Positions 27,535 through 36,653 of a DNA stretch of 36,770 nucleotides are shown here, piece by piece. The notes beneath the pieces are model-generated. The model did no database searches, had not been told where the DNA came from, and was given only the letters and a program-made list of their open reading frames with translations. Positions within the stretch are counted from its first letter, which is position 1. The number at the start of each line of letters is the position of its first letter. Position numbers and translations under genes: made by a program. The stretch is from a virus (Duplodnaviria > Caudoviricetes): the IMG/VR virus record IMGVR_UViG_3300032257_000056, positions 1 to 36,770 of that record; one strand, given 5' to 3'.

Positions 27535-27737
27535 AAATGTCGAACAAGATATTGAATAAAAAAATTAGCAGTTTAATTAATGCATCAGTCGATGACTGCA
27601 AAATTTCATTAAGCACCTGTTCAAACCCTGATTTTTTATGTGACTTGTTAATCGAGTGTAGAAAAGTTGGGCACATGTCTCGTGAGAACGTGGTAAGGCA
27701 GCGAATTTCTAAACTGGTTCGAACTAGAGCTAAATAA
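27531..27737 (+). CDS. Hypothetical protein
   Basis: GGAGG SD, coupled within the operon. Confidence 0.6.
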   Translation: MKMSNKILNKKISSLINASVDDCKISLSTCSNPDFLCDLLIECRKVGHMSRENVVRQRISKLVRTRAK

Positions 27738-27752
27738 CAAAGGATTTAAATC

Positions 27753-28040
27753 ATGAAAAAACTAATAACGATATTGTGCTTATTATTCTCATCACATAGC
27801 TACGCAGGAAATACATATTTCTTCACAGGCGTGTTTGCATATGATGATGGGCAAAGCGGCACACAACTGGATTATAACGGCTTAAGCCCTAATGCGTATT
27901 ATGGCATTAAGTACTCTCATGAAATTGATGAATACATAATTATCGATGTAGGATTTAAACATGAAACGAGTACGGGATTTAGAGAGCTGGGTAATGGCTT
28001 TAATGGTGTATTCATTCAAGGTAACTTGTTGTTGTTTTAA
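27753..28040 (+). CDS. Small exported beta-strand protein, possibly outer membrane
   Basis: Signal peptide MKKLITILCLLFSSHSYA; amphipathic strands; C-terminal Phe. Confidence 0.68.
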   Translation: MKKLITILCLLFSSHSYAGNTYFFTGVFAYDDGQSGTQLDYNGLSPNAYYGIKYSHEIDEYIIIDVGFKHETSTGFRELGNGFNGVFIQGNLLLF

Positions 28041-28064
28041 CATCAATTAATTCAGGATATAACA

Positions 28065-28505
28065 ATGAGCAATCGAAATAAATACTACGGCCTATTACAA
28101 ATAGGTAAAAAAATGTTAGCAATGGATGAAGACACTTATCGCCAGTTTCTGGAGCAACACGGGGCTAAAGAAAAAAACGGTCGCATTTCAGCCAGCACAA
28201 TGAAACTGGGTGAACTGGTGGCGGCCGTAGCTGATATGGAAAAAAGAGGCTTTGTAAGAAGCCGCAAGTCAGCAGTTAACATTAATAGCTGGCGTACGCC
28301 CCGCATTAAAAAAATAACCGCACTATGGTGCACACTGGCTGATGCTGGTGTGGTGCGTAACCGTAGTGAAAACGCCATGCATACTTTTTGCAGCAAACAA
28401 ATGAAAGCCGACAAACTTCAATGGGCCAGTGCAAGTGATTTAAACAAATGTATAGAGGCTTTAAAAAGCATGGCACATCGTAAAGGAGTAAAACTTAGTG
28501 CATGA
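28065..28505 (+). CDS. gemA: GemA/gp16-family protein (DUF1018)
   Basis: IGKK.LAMDEDTYR.FL, KITALW..L...GVVR, IEALK.M motifs. Confidence 0.9.
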   Translation: MSNRNKYYGLLQIGKKMLAMDEDTYRQFLEQHGAKEKNGRISASTMKLGELVAAVADMEKRGFVRSRKSAVNINSWRTPRIKKITALWCTLADAGVVRNRSENAMHTFCSKQMKADKLQWASASDLNKCIEALKSMAHRKGVKLSA

Positions 28506-28908
28506 TGAAGCGCTACAATGTGTTGATGTAACCATGCTGCCATTGCAGGCACGTGACCTTGCTAAAATCATCGGGCTACCTGATACGCTTAAAATTTTAA
28601 AAGCCTACGGTGGTCACCGTTTATTTGTACCCAACGGCACAAAGAAAGACACACAGCTTCAATTGCTAATTACTGAAGAAGGCTATATTAAACTCTGTAA
28701 AAGTCACTTGGCGGGTAGTCGTTTAACATTACCCAAAGTTGATAAAATAATAGAGCAGATTCGCAACCATCACATTAGAACGTCCAGTGATGTTAATAAA
28801 GCGACTTTTGCACGACAATATGATTTAACTCAACGCCATGTTCAGCGCATAAGAAATGATCATGAAGAAAACCCAACACTTGACATGTTTGATGACCCAG
28901 TGGGATGA
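28498..28908 (+). CDS. mor: Mor/C-family transcription activator
   Basis: LP....LA.IIG...YGG..LFVP, RN..I, and C-terminal HTH ARQYDLTQRHVQRI. Confidence 0.88.
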   Translation: MHDEALQCVDVTMLPLQARDLAKIIGLPDTLKILKAYGGHRLFVPNGTKKDTQLQLLITEEGYIKLCKSHLAGSRLTLPKVDKIIEQIRNHHIRTSSDVNKATFARQYDLTQRHVQRIRNDHEENPTLDMFDDPVG

Positions 28909-28941
28909 TAGCGTCTCACCTTTAGGTATTTAACCTTCTTC

Positions 28942-28997
28942 GGGGAGACACATGTCTCCCCTCATTTTTTTCCTCTCTTTAATCCATGCTATCAGTC
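28942..28997 (+). promoter_or_regulatory. Putative activator-dependent late promoter (P-lys-like)
   Basis: Dyad GGGGAGACA-CA-TGTCTCCCC (28942-28961), then 36 nt containing a -10-like CATGCT 7 nt before ATG 28998. No SD. Confidence 0.78.
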
Positions 28998-29513
28998 ATG
29001 GATACAAAACATTCAATATTAGAAATAGCACTCGAACATCTGTTCGGACTGGAGGGCGGTTATGTAAACGATCCCAACGACCGAGGTGGTGAAACTAAAT
29101 ACGGCATCTCAAAAAAAGCCTACCCTAAACTTAATATTCAAAACTTAACCATCGACCAGGCAGCTGCAATTTATAAACAAGATTACTGGGACGTTTGTAA
29201 ATGTGATGACATGGATGCAGAAATGGCAGTGGTGGTTTTTGACACAGCAGTTAACAGCGGGCCACGACGAGCCGCTATGTTCTTGCAACAAGTAGTCAAA
29301 TCAAAGGCAGACGGTGTAATTGGTAAAAACACGATTGCCTCTCTTCGTAAACGAACCGTTCTTACATCTATTGATGATTTAGTTATTCAATATTTAGGGC
29401 TTCGCGCTCAGTTTTATCATGACATTGTTCGCGGCGACTCACGACAGGCCAAGTTTTTAAAAGGCTGGTTCATTCGTTTATTTAAACTGCAAAAATTTTC
29501 ACTGGGAATGTAA
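28998..29513 (+). CDS. Endolysin, glycoside hydrolase family 108 with peptidoglycan-binding domain
   Basis: EGGYVNDPNDRGGETKYGI, FDTAVNSG, DGVIG..T, FLKGW..R motifs. Confidence 0.94.
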   Translation: MDTKHSILEIALEHLFGLEGGYVNDPNDRGGETKYGISKKAYPKLNIQNLTIDQAAAIYKQDYWDVCKCDDMDAEMAVVVFDTAVNSGPRRAAMFLQQVVKSKADGVIGKNTIASLRKRTVLTSIDDLVIQYLGLRAQFYHDIVRGDSRQAKFLKGWFIRLFKLQKFSLGM

Positions 29514-30076
29514 TGGAACCAATCAGTATTGTAATGGGTTTAAGTAAAATCATACCAGCCGTTGCAAGCTGGTTTGGTAATGACGATGATGCAGATACAG
29601 CAGAAAGTATTATTGATATTGCCAAAGCTGTAACGGGCATTGAAGACCCGCAAGATGCTGCAGAACAAATTAAGAACGACCCCGCATTACATATTCAATT
29701 TCAACAAGCCATGCAGCCCATTATTATTTCTCGCTTAGAAGAAGACACAAAACGGCTACAAGCAACAAATGAAACTATGCGAGCCGAGTATGCAAGCAAG
29801 AGCTGGTATATCTCTGGCTGGCGGCCGACCTTTGGTTACATCGTGGCTTTCTCCTGGTTGTTTATGATGATAGCTATGGGCGTGTCTATTTTAAAAAACC
29901 CAACGCAAGCACCAACTATTATTGCGGCCATGTCAAACCTTTCATTCATGTGGGGTATCGCGCTGGCAGTACTCGGTGTAAACGTTCAGCAACGCAGTAA
30001 AGATAAACAACTCTCTGCAGGTCATGCGCCGATGCCAGGGCTTTTATCATCACTCACAAAAAAGTTCTTAAAATAA
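29513..30076 (+). CDS. Holin (3TM / GTA-holin-like)
   Basis: TMRAE...SGWRPTFGY followed by hydrophobic segments and RS.DK; adjacent to the endolysin. Confidence 0.82.
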   Translation: MEPISIVMGLSKIIPAVASWFGNDDDADTAESIIDIAKAVTGIEDPQDAAEQIKNDPALHIQFQQAMQPIIISRLEEDTKRLQATNETMRAEYASKSWYISGWRPTFGYIVAFSWLFMMIAMGVSILKNPTQAPTIIAAMSNLSFMWGIALAVLGVNVQQRSKDKQLSAGHAPMPGLLSSLTKKFLK

Positions 30077-30077
30077 T

Positions 30078-30320
30078 ATGACTGAACGACTACCCGACCC
30101 AAGTGATGTTGCCAGCGCCGTTGAAGAGAAACAACGAGAGCTTTCAATTCAGGCACATCTTAATCGCCCAATAGAAACACCGTTGAAAATTGACGGTGTT
30201 CGTGTATGTAAAAGCTGTGAAGAGATCATACCGCACGAGCGTTTACAGGCATTGCCGTTATCGGTTCGATGCGTTTATTGCCAAAATGATTTTGATAACC
30301 TGAATATGCATAAGGCCTGA
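30078..30320 (+). CDS. TraR/DksA C4 zinc-finger protein
   Basis: DPSD.A...E, CKSCEEIIPHERL.ALP...RCVYCQ. Confidence 0.9.
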   Translation: MTERLPDPSDVASAVEEKQRELSIQAHLNRPIETPLKIDGVRVCKSCEEIIPHERLQALPLSVRCVYCQNDFDNLNMHKA

Positions 30321-30322
30321 TT

Positions 30323-30544
30323 ATGTCTGATCTAGAAGAAATCAACAGATCAATTGGAAATTTGGAGGGTAAAATTGATTTAATGCTTAAAGAGCAATCT
30401 CGGCAAAATAAACGAGATGAAACACTTGATGCACGGTTGAGAACCACGGAGGTTAAAGCGGCTCGAAATGGTTTGGTGTCAGGTGGCCTTATTGCTATAA
30501 CAATAAGCATTATTAAAGAATCTATTAAAAGCGCTACGGGTTAA
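30323..30544 (+). CDS. Small coiled-coil protein with C-terminal hydrophobic segment
   Basis: 73 aa between the lysis genes and the terminase small subunit. Confidence 0.65.
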   Translation: MSDLEEINRSIGNLEGKIDLMLKEQSRQNKRDETLDARLRTTEVKAARNGLVSGGLIAITISIIKESIKSATG

Positions 30545-30547
30545 CGT

Positions 30548-31057
30548 GTGGCATATTCTGAAGAAAAACGACTCGCGGTTAGGCGCTCATTTGTATATGA
30601 CAAAAAGTCATTACAACATGCCGCTGCTCTTCATGAAGTAAATTATCAAACTGCCCGTGCCTGGAAGAAAAAGTCTAACCATGATGGTGATAACTGGGAT
30701 AAGGCCCGCGCAGCCTCTCGTATGGCTGGTGGCGGTGTTGGTGAAATGTCTGCAGAAGTGCTGGAAGATTTCGCACGATTATTTCAAACCACAATAAAAG
30801 ATTTAAAATATGGTGAATACACCGCTATTCAAAAAGCAGAAGTATTAAGTCGCCTCTCAGATGCATACGCCAAAACCATGAAAGCAGCGGGTGGTTCTAA
30901 CCCTGAAATTTCAACATTAGCAGTTGCTATGGAAACAATTAAAGAGCTAGCCACATTCATAAGAAAAAATTCTCCCGAAGACCTGGAGCGTTTTGTTTCA
31001 ATTCTAGATCCATTTTCACAACACATTAACAGGGTGTTAACAAATGGAAAATCTTGA
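30548..31057 (+). CDS. Putative terminase small subunit (DUF1804-like)
   Basis: N-terminal HTH, TARAWK...GDNWDKARAA motif, overlaps terL. Confidence 0.78.
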   Translation: MAYSEEKRLAVRRSFVYDKKSLQHAAALHEVNYQTARAWKKKSNHDGDNWDKARAASRMAGGGVGEMSAEVLEDFARLFQTTIKDLKYGEYTAIQKAEVLSRLSDAYAKTMKAAGGSNPEISTLAVAMETIKELATFIRKNSPEDLERFVSILDPFSQHINRVLTNGKS

Positions 31058-32789
31058 ATTTTTAAACGAGCGGAGTTTTCTTAAAGAGATAGATGAACTT
31101 CAGGTAGCGCTTCGACAATCAATTGAAGCATTTGCAGCGGGTTTAGATGATAGCCCCGAAGCCATTAAAGAACGCAGAAAAAAGGTACTTAACGGTGACT
31201 TTAATTTCTTTGCCTACACTTATTTTCCTCACCACATACGTGGTGAGTCATCCGATTTTCAAGCCAATTTCTGTACTACCTTTCCACAGTTACTTAATAA
31301 GGCCGAGGGTTGCAAGCAATGGTGGGTTGCGCCACGTGGTGAAGCAAAATCATCACTACTCACAAAAGTGGGGCCTGTGTTTATTGCTGTGCTTGGTTTA
31401 CTTCAAAAGCCTGAAATACGTGCAGCTCTTGGCATTAATAAAACTCCTTCTTTCCTGGACTACGTGGTGTTACTCGGTGCCGAAACCAAAATGCCCACTA
31501 AGTTGTTGACGGTGGTTAAAACAGAACTAGAAAGCAATGCGATGTTGCGCATGGACTTCCCAGAAGTTTGTGGCCGTGGCGCTGTTTGGAAAGTGGGAGA
31601 GTTAGTCACCAAAACCAACGTGAAGATAGAACCCTTTGGGGCGGAGCAAGGCATTCGCGGAACATTCCACGGTGCCAGCCGCCCCAAAGTTATTATGGGT
31701 GATGATTTAATCACCGATAAAGAATCTAAAAGCCCAACTGAAAGAAACAACCGCTGGGATTTTTTAGAGGCAGCAATAGATTACCTTGGCCCACCCGATG
31801 GCAGTGTTAAATATTTTGGTGTGGGCACTATCTTAAATAAAGACGATTTAATTTCACGCGCTAAAAACACAATCGGTCATGTGGTTAATCACTTTAAAGC
31901 CATTGTTAGGTTTCCAGACAATATGGATTTGTGGGAGAAGTGCGAAGAGCTAATGCGAAATGAAGATCGCAAAGCCGAAGAACAAGCCAAACAAAAAGAC
32001 CAGGTGTTAACAGATGAGCAGCTGCCTTCGTATAAATTTTATTTAAAAAACAAACGCCGCATGGATAAAGGGGCAAAAACCTCATGGCCATCGGTTCGTT
32101 CATTGTTTTATTTGATGAAGCAAAAGGCTAAAAATCGCAGAGCATTCGGCACCGAAATGCAGGGCGACCCACGAAGTGATGAAGACAAAGTATTCACAGG
32201 CATGACATTCTGGGTGCAAAAATTACGTCACTGGGTTTACTTCGGTGGCTGCGACCCGTCTATGGGCAAAGGCCAAACCTCAGACCCGAGTGCAATTTTA
32301 GTAGGTGCATGGGATACCGAAACCAGCAAACTTCATGTGGTTGAGGCACTATCAAAACGCCGAGTGCCCAGTAAATTAGAAAGTGATTTAATCGCTGTTC
32401 AACGTGAATTTAATTGCCAGGCAATCGGTTTTGAAAACAACACAGCTTTTGAATACATGCGCACCGATTTTCGCCGCCGCGCGCTGGCCGATCATGGTGT
32501 GGCATTACCTTTAGTTGGTGTTACCGCAACGGTAGACAAAGCGGTGCGCATCGATTCACTAGAACCTTACATTAACGACATTGTGCCTCAAATTTTATTT
32601 CATGCAAAACAAACACAACTGCTCGACCAGTTAGATGAGTGGCCAGAAAAACAAACCAATCACCATTTCGATGCACTCGACGCACTGCACATTTTATGGA
32701 TGATTGCATCCTCTCGCTCAACTGGCCTGCCAAAAATAACAACATCAGGTCGAGGCCGCCGTCCAAGTAAAGGTATATCAGGTTATTAA
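31044..32789 (+). CDS. terL: Terminase large subunit
   Basis: Walker A APRGEAKS, Walker B VIMGDD, VGTIL coupling motif, nuclease GCDPS and HFDALDAL. Confidence 0.94.
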   Translation: MENLEFLNERSFLKEIDELQVALRQSIEAFAAGLDDSPEAIKERRKKVLNGDFNFFAYTYFPHHIRGESSDFQANFCTTFPQLLNKAEGCKQWWVAPRGEAKSSLLTKVGPVFIAVLGLLQKPEIRAALGINKTPSFLDYVVLLGAETKMPTKLLTVVKTELESNAMLRMDFPEVCGRGAVWKVGELVTKTNVKIEPFGAEQGIRGTFHGASRPKVIMGDDLITDKESKSPTERNNRWDFLEAAIDYLGPPDGSVKYFGVGTILNKDDLISRAKNTIGHVVNHFKAIVRFPDNMDLWEKCEELMRNEDRKAEEQAKQKDQVLTDEQLPSYKFYLKNKRRMDKGAKTSWPSVRSLFYLMKQKAKNRRAFGTEMQGDPRSDEDKVFTGMTFWVQKLRHWVYFGGCDPSMGKGQTSDPSAILVGAWDTETSKLHVVEALSKRRVPSKLESDLIAVQREFNCQAIGFENNTAFEYMRTDFRRRALADHGVALPLVGVTATVDKAVRIDSLEPYINDIVPQILFHAKQTQLLDQLDEWPEKQTNHHFDALDALHILWMIASSRSTGLPKITTSGRGRRPSKGISGY

Positions 32790-32791
32790 TC

Positions 32792-34306
32792 ATGCAAGAT
32801 ACAGATATTAAAAAAGCATCAAAGGGTACGTTGAAATCTGAAATTGCAACACGCTCAAACGATCCTAATTTTTATGCAGGTCTTTCTTTTTTACCCAACC
32901 CAGATGAAGTACTTCGAAAAATGGGTAAATCTCAAGAGGTATTTGATGCCATTACTTTAGATAGTCACGTGATGGGTGAAATGCGTTCTGTTCGTTCGGC
33001 ATTTTTGGGTTTTGAATACAGGCTAACCGCTGGTGGTGATTCAGCTTCTGATATTCATGCGCTCGAATTGTGCCAAAAGATAATGGCCGATAAACCCGCG
33101 CCCGGCATGCAATGGTCTGACACTATATGGAACATGGCGCAAGGCGTGTTTCGTGGTTACAAGGTTCATGAAACAGTATGGAAAAAAGAAGGTCAATTTT
33201 TAGTACCTGATAAAGTCGTCGATAGGCCAAATCGACGCTTTGTTTTTTCACCCGACAATGAACTGCGCTTATTAACTCAAACCAGCCAAACTGATGGTGA
33301 GTTATTGGGTGATAAAAAGTGGCTGTTAACACGTCATATGCACAGTTATGAAAACCCATACGGTATTGCAATTTTTAGTGCCTGTTTTTGGCCATATATA
33401 TTTAAGCATAATGGCTTTAAATACTTTATGAAGTTTTGTGAAAAATATGGCATTCCCTGGGCAATAGGAAAGTACCCTCAAGGCACACCGATTGAAGAAC
33501 AAAATCAATTAGCCGATCAATTAGCAGATATGATCGAAGATGGTGTGGCGGCTATTCCTGCAGATGGTTCTGTAGAATTATTAGAGCATTCAACATCTGG
33601 CGAACTAGTGCATGAGCGTTTGATAAATGTCTGCAATAAAGAACTCTCAAAAGCACTCACATCTCAAACGCTGGCAACCGATATACAAGGCGCTGGTTCA
33701 CGTGCAGCCAGTGAAACCCACCGTGAACGTGAGCAGTCTGTAAATGAGTCAGACCGCCAAATTATATGCGACACATTTAACCAGTTATTTGCATGGGTAA
33801 CCGAGTTAAATTTTGCAGGTGCAGTGCCGCCAAAATTTGAATTCTTTGAAGAGGCCGAAGCCAGAAAAGACTGGACAGAAGTTTTTGAAAAAGCTCGAAA
33901 TTTTTTAGATGTGCCAAAGGCATTCGCTCACGACCGCTTGCAAATTCCGCAACCGCAAGACAATGAAGATGTGCTACCACAAGGCACCAGTCCAACTACA
34001 ACAAATTCACCGCAGTTCAATCAGTGCCCAAACTGCGGTGGTGGTCATGATTTTGCAAAGCAAAATACAGACGATGTGACTAGCAAACTCGCAGACCAGG
34101 CAGCAACTCAGGCAGAGAAATTAATTGCCGATTTAACCCGGCCAATTAAAGACCTTTTAGCCAACTCAAAAACATTAGAAGAATTCAGAAAAGGGCTCGA
34201 ATTCATAGCACCCGATATGGATGAAGAAAAACTCGCAGAAATGAATTCACTGGCATTTTTAACAGGCCTGTTAGATGGCATGAACGAGATTGAAAAAGAT
34301 GACTAA
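32792..34306 (+). CDS. Portal protein (Mu gpH/DUF935-like)
   Basis: NPYG.A, FCEKYGIPW.IGKY, QTLAT...GSRAASETH motifs. Confidence 0.93.
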   Translation: MQDTDIKKASKGTLKSEIATRSNDPNFYAGLSFLPNPDEVLRKMGKSQEVFDAITLDSHVMGEMRSVRSAFLGFEYRLTAGGDSASDIHALELCQKIMADKPAPGMQWSDTIWNMAQGVFRGYKVHETVWKKEGQFLVPDKVVDRPNRRFVFSPDNELRLLTQTSQTDGELLGDKKWLLTRHMHSYENPYGIAIFSACFWPYIFKHNGFKYFMKFCEKYGIPWAIGKYPQGTPIEEQNQLADQLADMIEDGVAAIPADGSVELLEHSTSGELVHERLINVCNKELSKALTSQTLATDIQGAGSRAASETHREREQSVNESDRQIICDTFNQLFAWVTELNFAGAVPPKFEFFEEAEARKDWTEVFEKARNFLDVPKAFAHDRLQIPQPQDNEDVLPQGTSPTTTNSPQFNQCPNCGGGHDFAKQNTDDVTSKLADQAATQAEKLIADLTRPIKDLLANSKTLEEFRKGLEFIAPDMDEEKLAEMNSLAFLTGLLDGMNEIEKDD

Positions 34307-34793
34307 ATCATATAGGCCTTCTAATGCCACTGAAGGGTTTCAATTTGAGGATAAATTCTGCAGTCAATGTACGCGTGACACTTATGATATAGAAACAGAA
34401 AAAGGTGAGTTTTGCGAAATACAAAGCCTCACAGTTATGTTTAATATAAATGATGCCAACTATCCCGAACAGTGGATATACGACGAGTATGGGAAACCAA
34501 TCTGCACTGCATTTACACAAGACCCTACAAAATATCGATGTGATAAAACGGTTGATATGTTTCAGGAAAAATCAGACCCAGCAAAAGATTATGTACATTC
34601 TCAGTTTTCAGGCCCTATAACAAAAGTACCATTTACCAGCCCCGAAGAAGGCTATCTAAAATGCTGCAGCTGTGGAACGGTATCTGAATTTAAAGAAAAT
34701 TTAACATATGAAGAACAAAGCTGCTGCATACATGAAGAGTGTGACGGACAGATGTTTTGTAATAAATGGCCTAATTGGCAACTAGATCAATAA
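34299..34793 (+). CDS. Cys-rich hypothetical protein
   Basis: YRPSNATEG..F...FCSQC and further Cys clusters; overlaps the portal stop. Confidence 0.72.
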   Translation: MTKSYRPSNATEGFQFEDKFCSQCTRDTYDIETEKGEFCEIQSLTVMFNINDANYPEQWIYDEYGKPICTAFTQDPTKYRCDKTVDMFQEKSDPAKDYVHSQFSGPITKVPFTSPEEGYLKCCSCGTVSEFKENLTYEEQSCCIHEECDGQMFCNKWPNWQLDQ

Positions 34794-34939
34794 TGAATAA
34801 TTCACATGTATATGTCTATTACAGATGGCGTGGTTGGGTAGCAGAAAAATTAGCCAGGCATATGTCGGCGTTTTTTCTGCGTGAGTTTGCGCAGCAAGAA
34901 CTTGATCAGGCTGTTCATTTTGAAAATGATAATAAATAA
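34793..34939 (+). CDS. Small hypothetical protein (48 aa)
   Basis: TAATG coupling to the previous ORF; MNNSHVYVYYRWRGWVAEKLARHM... Confidence 0.5.
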   Translation: MNNSHVYVYYRWRGWVAEKLARHMSAFFLREFAQQELDQAVHFENDNK

Positions 34940-34951
34940 CGGAAATAAATT

Positions 34952-35230
34952 ATGAGTAATGAAAGTCAATTATTGAAAATAAAGATTATTGATGGGTTGC
35001 TTACTATGTCGATAGGTGTCGATGCTCTAAAAGTATCAATTGAAAGTGGGCGCGCGGATATGTTCTGTGATGGTGAGTTTTTTATTACAGATAAAGATGC
35101 TTTTTACCATGCATTGATATCAGAGCTAAAAAGTGAAGAAGAAGATGGTTCGACACTTCTTCACTTAATGTTAGATGCTGCGGCTTTAAAAGCTTATGGT
35201 AACGGAGCTCAAGGCTGTGATGTCAAATGA
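34952..35230 (+). CDS. Hypothetical protein
   Basis: 92-aa ORF with ATGA coupling to the next ORF. Confidence 0.7.
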   Translation: MSNESQLLKIKIIDGLLTMSIGVDALKVSIESGRADMFCDGEFFITDKDAFYHALISELKSEEEDGSTLLHLMLDAAALKAYGNGAQGCDVK

Positions 35231-35403
35231 ATTACGGCATCTTATTATTCATATTTTCATTTATGCTTTTACCTGCACTTCAGGGTTGGTTAATTGCAGA
35301 TCCTAAAAGCACTCATGACCAACCAGTTACTATGGTCATAGTTGTATCAACACTGATATTTATTTGTATCGGTGCAGCAATAAAATACTACTTAAAATCT
35401 TAA
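35227..35403 (+). CDS. Small two-TM membrane protein (58 aa)
   Basis: MNYGILLFIFSFMLLPALQGWLIA...VTMVIVVSTLIFICIGAAIKYYLKS. Confidence 0.6.
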   Translation: MNYGILLFIFSFMLLPALQGWLIADPKSTHDQPVTMVIVVSTLIFICIGAAIKYYLKS

Positions 35404-35413
35404 TAGGTGAATA

Positions 35414-35707
35414 ATGAAACCGCTATTCATCCCACTATATAAAGAGTACTTCTTAAAGTTTAAAGCAGGTGAGCAAAACTGCGAGATACGCCCATATGAT
35501 CATAGAGGCTGGAATGTTAAAAATGTATTTCCATCAAGGTTAATGACACTCTCTAGTGGTTACGGTAACCACGATCGAATCACTATGGAAATCCGAAATA
35601 CTATGGTCACACCTGATTTACAAATGGAAAAAATACCTCAATGGCATATTGATGCGGTTGAGAGTATTTATGGTAAGCAACCTAAGTGGTTAATTGCATA
35701 TGTGTAA
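35414..35707 (+). CDS. ASCH/PUA-like domain protein (tentative)
   Basis: L...YF..FKAGEQNCEIR resembles the ASCH GxKxxExR motif, but with Q in place of K. Confidence 0.6.
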   Translation: MKPLFIPLYKEYFLKFKAGEQNCEIRPYDHRGWNVKNVFPSRLMTLSSGYGNHDRITMEIRNTMVTPDLQMEKIPQWHIDAVESIYGKQPKWLIAYV

Positions 35708-35728
35708 TAACTTTAACGGAAAGATAGC

Positions 35729-36412
35729 ATGCCAGACCAACAACTAGGTTCAGTACCCTTCCAGGAGGCAATAGATTTCTTCAGGTCTAAACTTAATTTA
35801 ACCACTAAGTTCTGGGATGAGATTACAGGCAAAGTGCACGCTAAAGCATTCACAGTGGCTGGTGCCACAAAGAATGATTTATTAAGTGATCTGCGTGAAG
35901 CTGTAGATCAGGCAATAAGTGAAGGCCAGAGCATAGGCCAGTTCCGAAAGAATTTTGATAAGGCAGTATCAACACACGGCTGGGACTACAAAGGCAAACG
36001 AGGCTGGAGAAGCCGAATCATATACGACACCAATATGCGCTCTGCCCATATGGCAGGCCGCTGGCAGCAGATTCAAAGAATAAAAGAACGTCGCCCATTT
36101 CTACAGTACCAAACTAAAGATAACAATTTAAAAAGGCGTAGAAAAGAACACCAAGCATGGGATGGATTGGTTTTACATATCGATGACGACTGGTGGGCTA
36201 TGTTCTATCCACCTAATGGGTTTGGTTGTGCATGCACTGTTCGGTCTCTATCTCCCAGACAAATGACTAGAGAAAAACGCGACCTCGATCAGGCACCTGA
36301 AATTAAAGTTACTGAGCGTATCAATAGAAAAACAGGTGAGGTTTATGGCAAGGTGCCAGTGGGTATAGATGTGGGTTGGAATTACAATGTAGGCAAGGAA
36401 TGGCTTAAATAA
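35729..36412 (+). CDS. Minor head protein, Mu gpF-like
   Basis: EAIDFFRSK, AFTVAG, IYDTN, R.EHQAWDG, YPPNGFGCAC, GWNYNVG motifs. Confidence 0.94.
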   Translation: MPDQQLGSVPFQEAIDFFRSKLNLTTKFWDEITGKVHAKAFTVAGATKNDLLSDLREAVDQAISEGQSIGQFRKNFDKAVSTHGWDYKGKRGWRSRIIYDTNMRSAHMAGRWQQIQRIKERRPFLQYQTKDNNLKRRRKEHQAWDGLVLHIDDDWWAMFYPPNGFGCACTVRSLSPRQMTREKRDLDQAPEIKVTERINRKTGEVYGKVPVGIDVGWNYNVGKEWLK

Positions 36413-36550
36413 GTCCCTAATTAACACTAAATCAATCGATCAAATGTCATTTAAACATCAATTAATCCCTATTTAATGGTAATTTAAATCTATTTATTAC
36501 CACCATTTCAACTATTTATTACTGGTAATTTTCGTTTTTTTGTATGTTTT

Positions 36551-36653
36551 TGTCTCATTTCATATGTAAATTAAAAAAAGAGCTGTTTTAGGTGATATGC
36601 CGGTCTAATGCAGTTTTCAGGGTTTTTTTGACGTTTTTGGTTTATCTCATTCC
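36551..36653 (-). repeat. Two putative transposase-binding sites (attL-like end)
   Basis: TGTCTCATTTCA 36551-36562 and TATCTCATTCC 36643-36653 are inverted copies of the left-end motif, 92 bp apart. Confidence 0.85.

Noticed and set aside
28942-28961. Shared GAGACA core between the late-promoter dyad and the transposase end sites
   Set aside because: Only 6 bp are shared, and the AAAT part of the end motif is missing. Probably coincidental.
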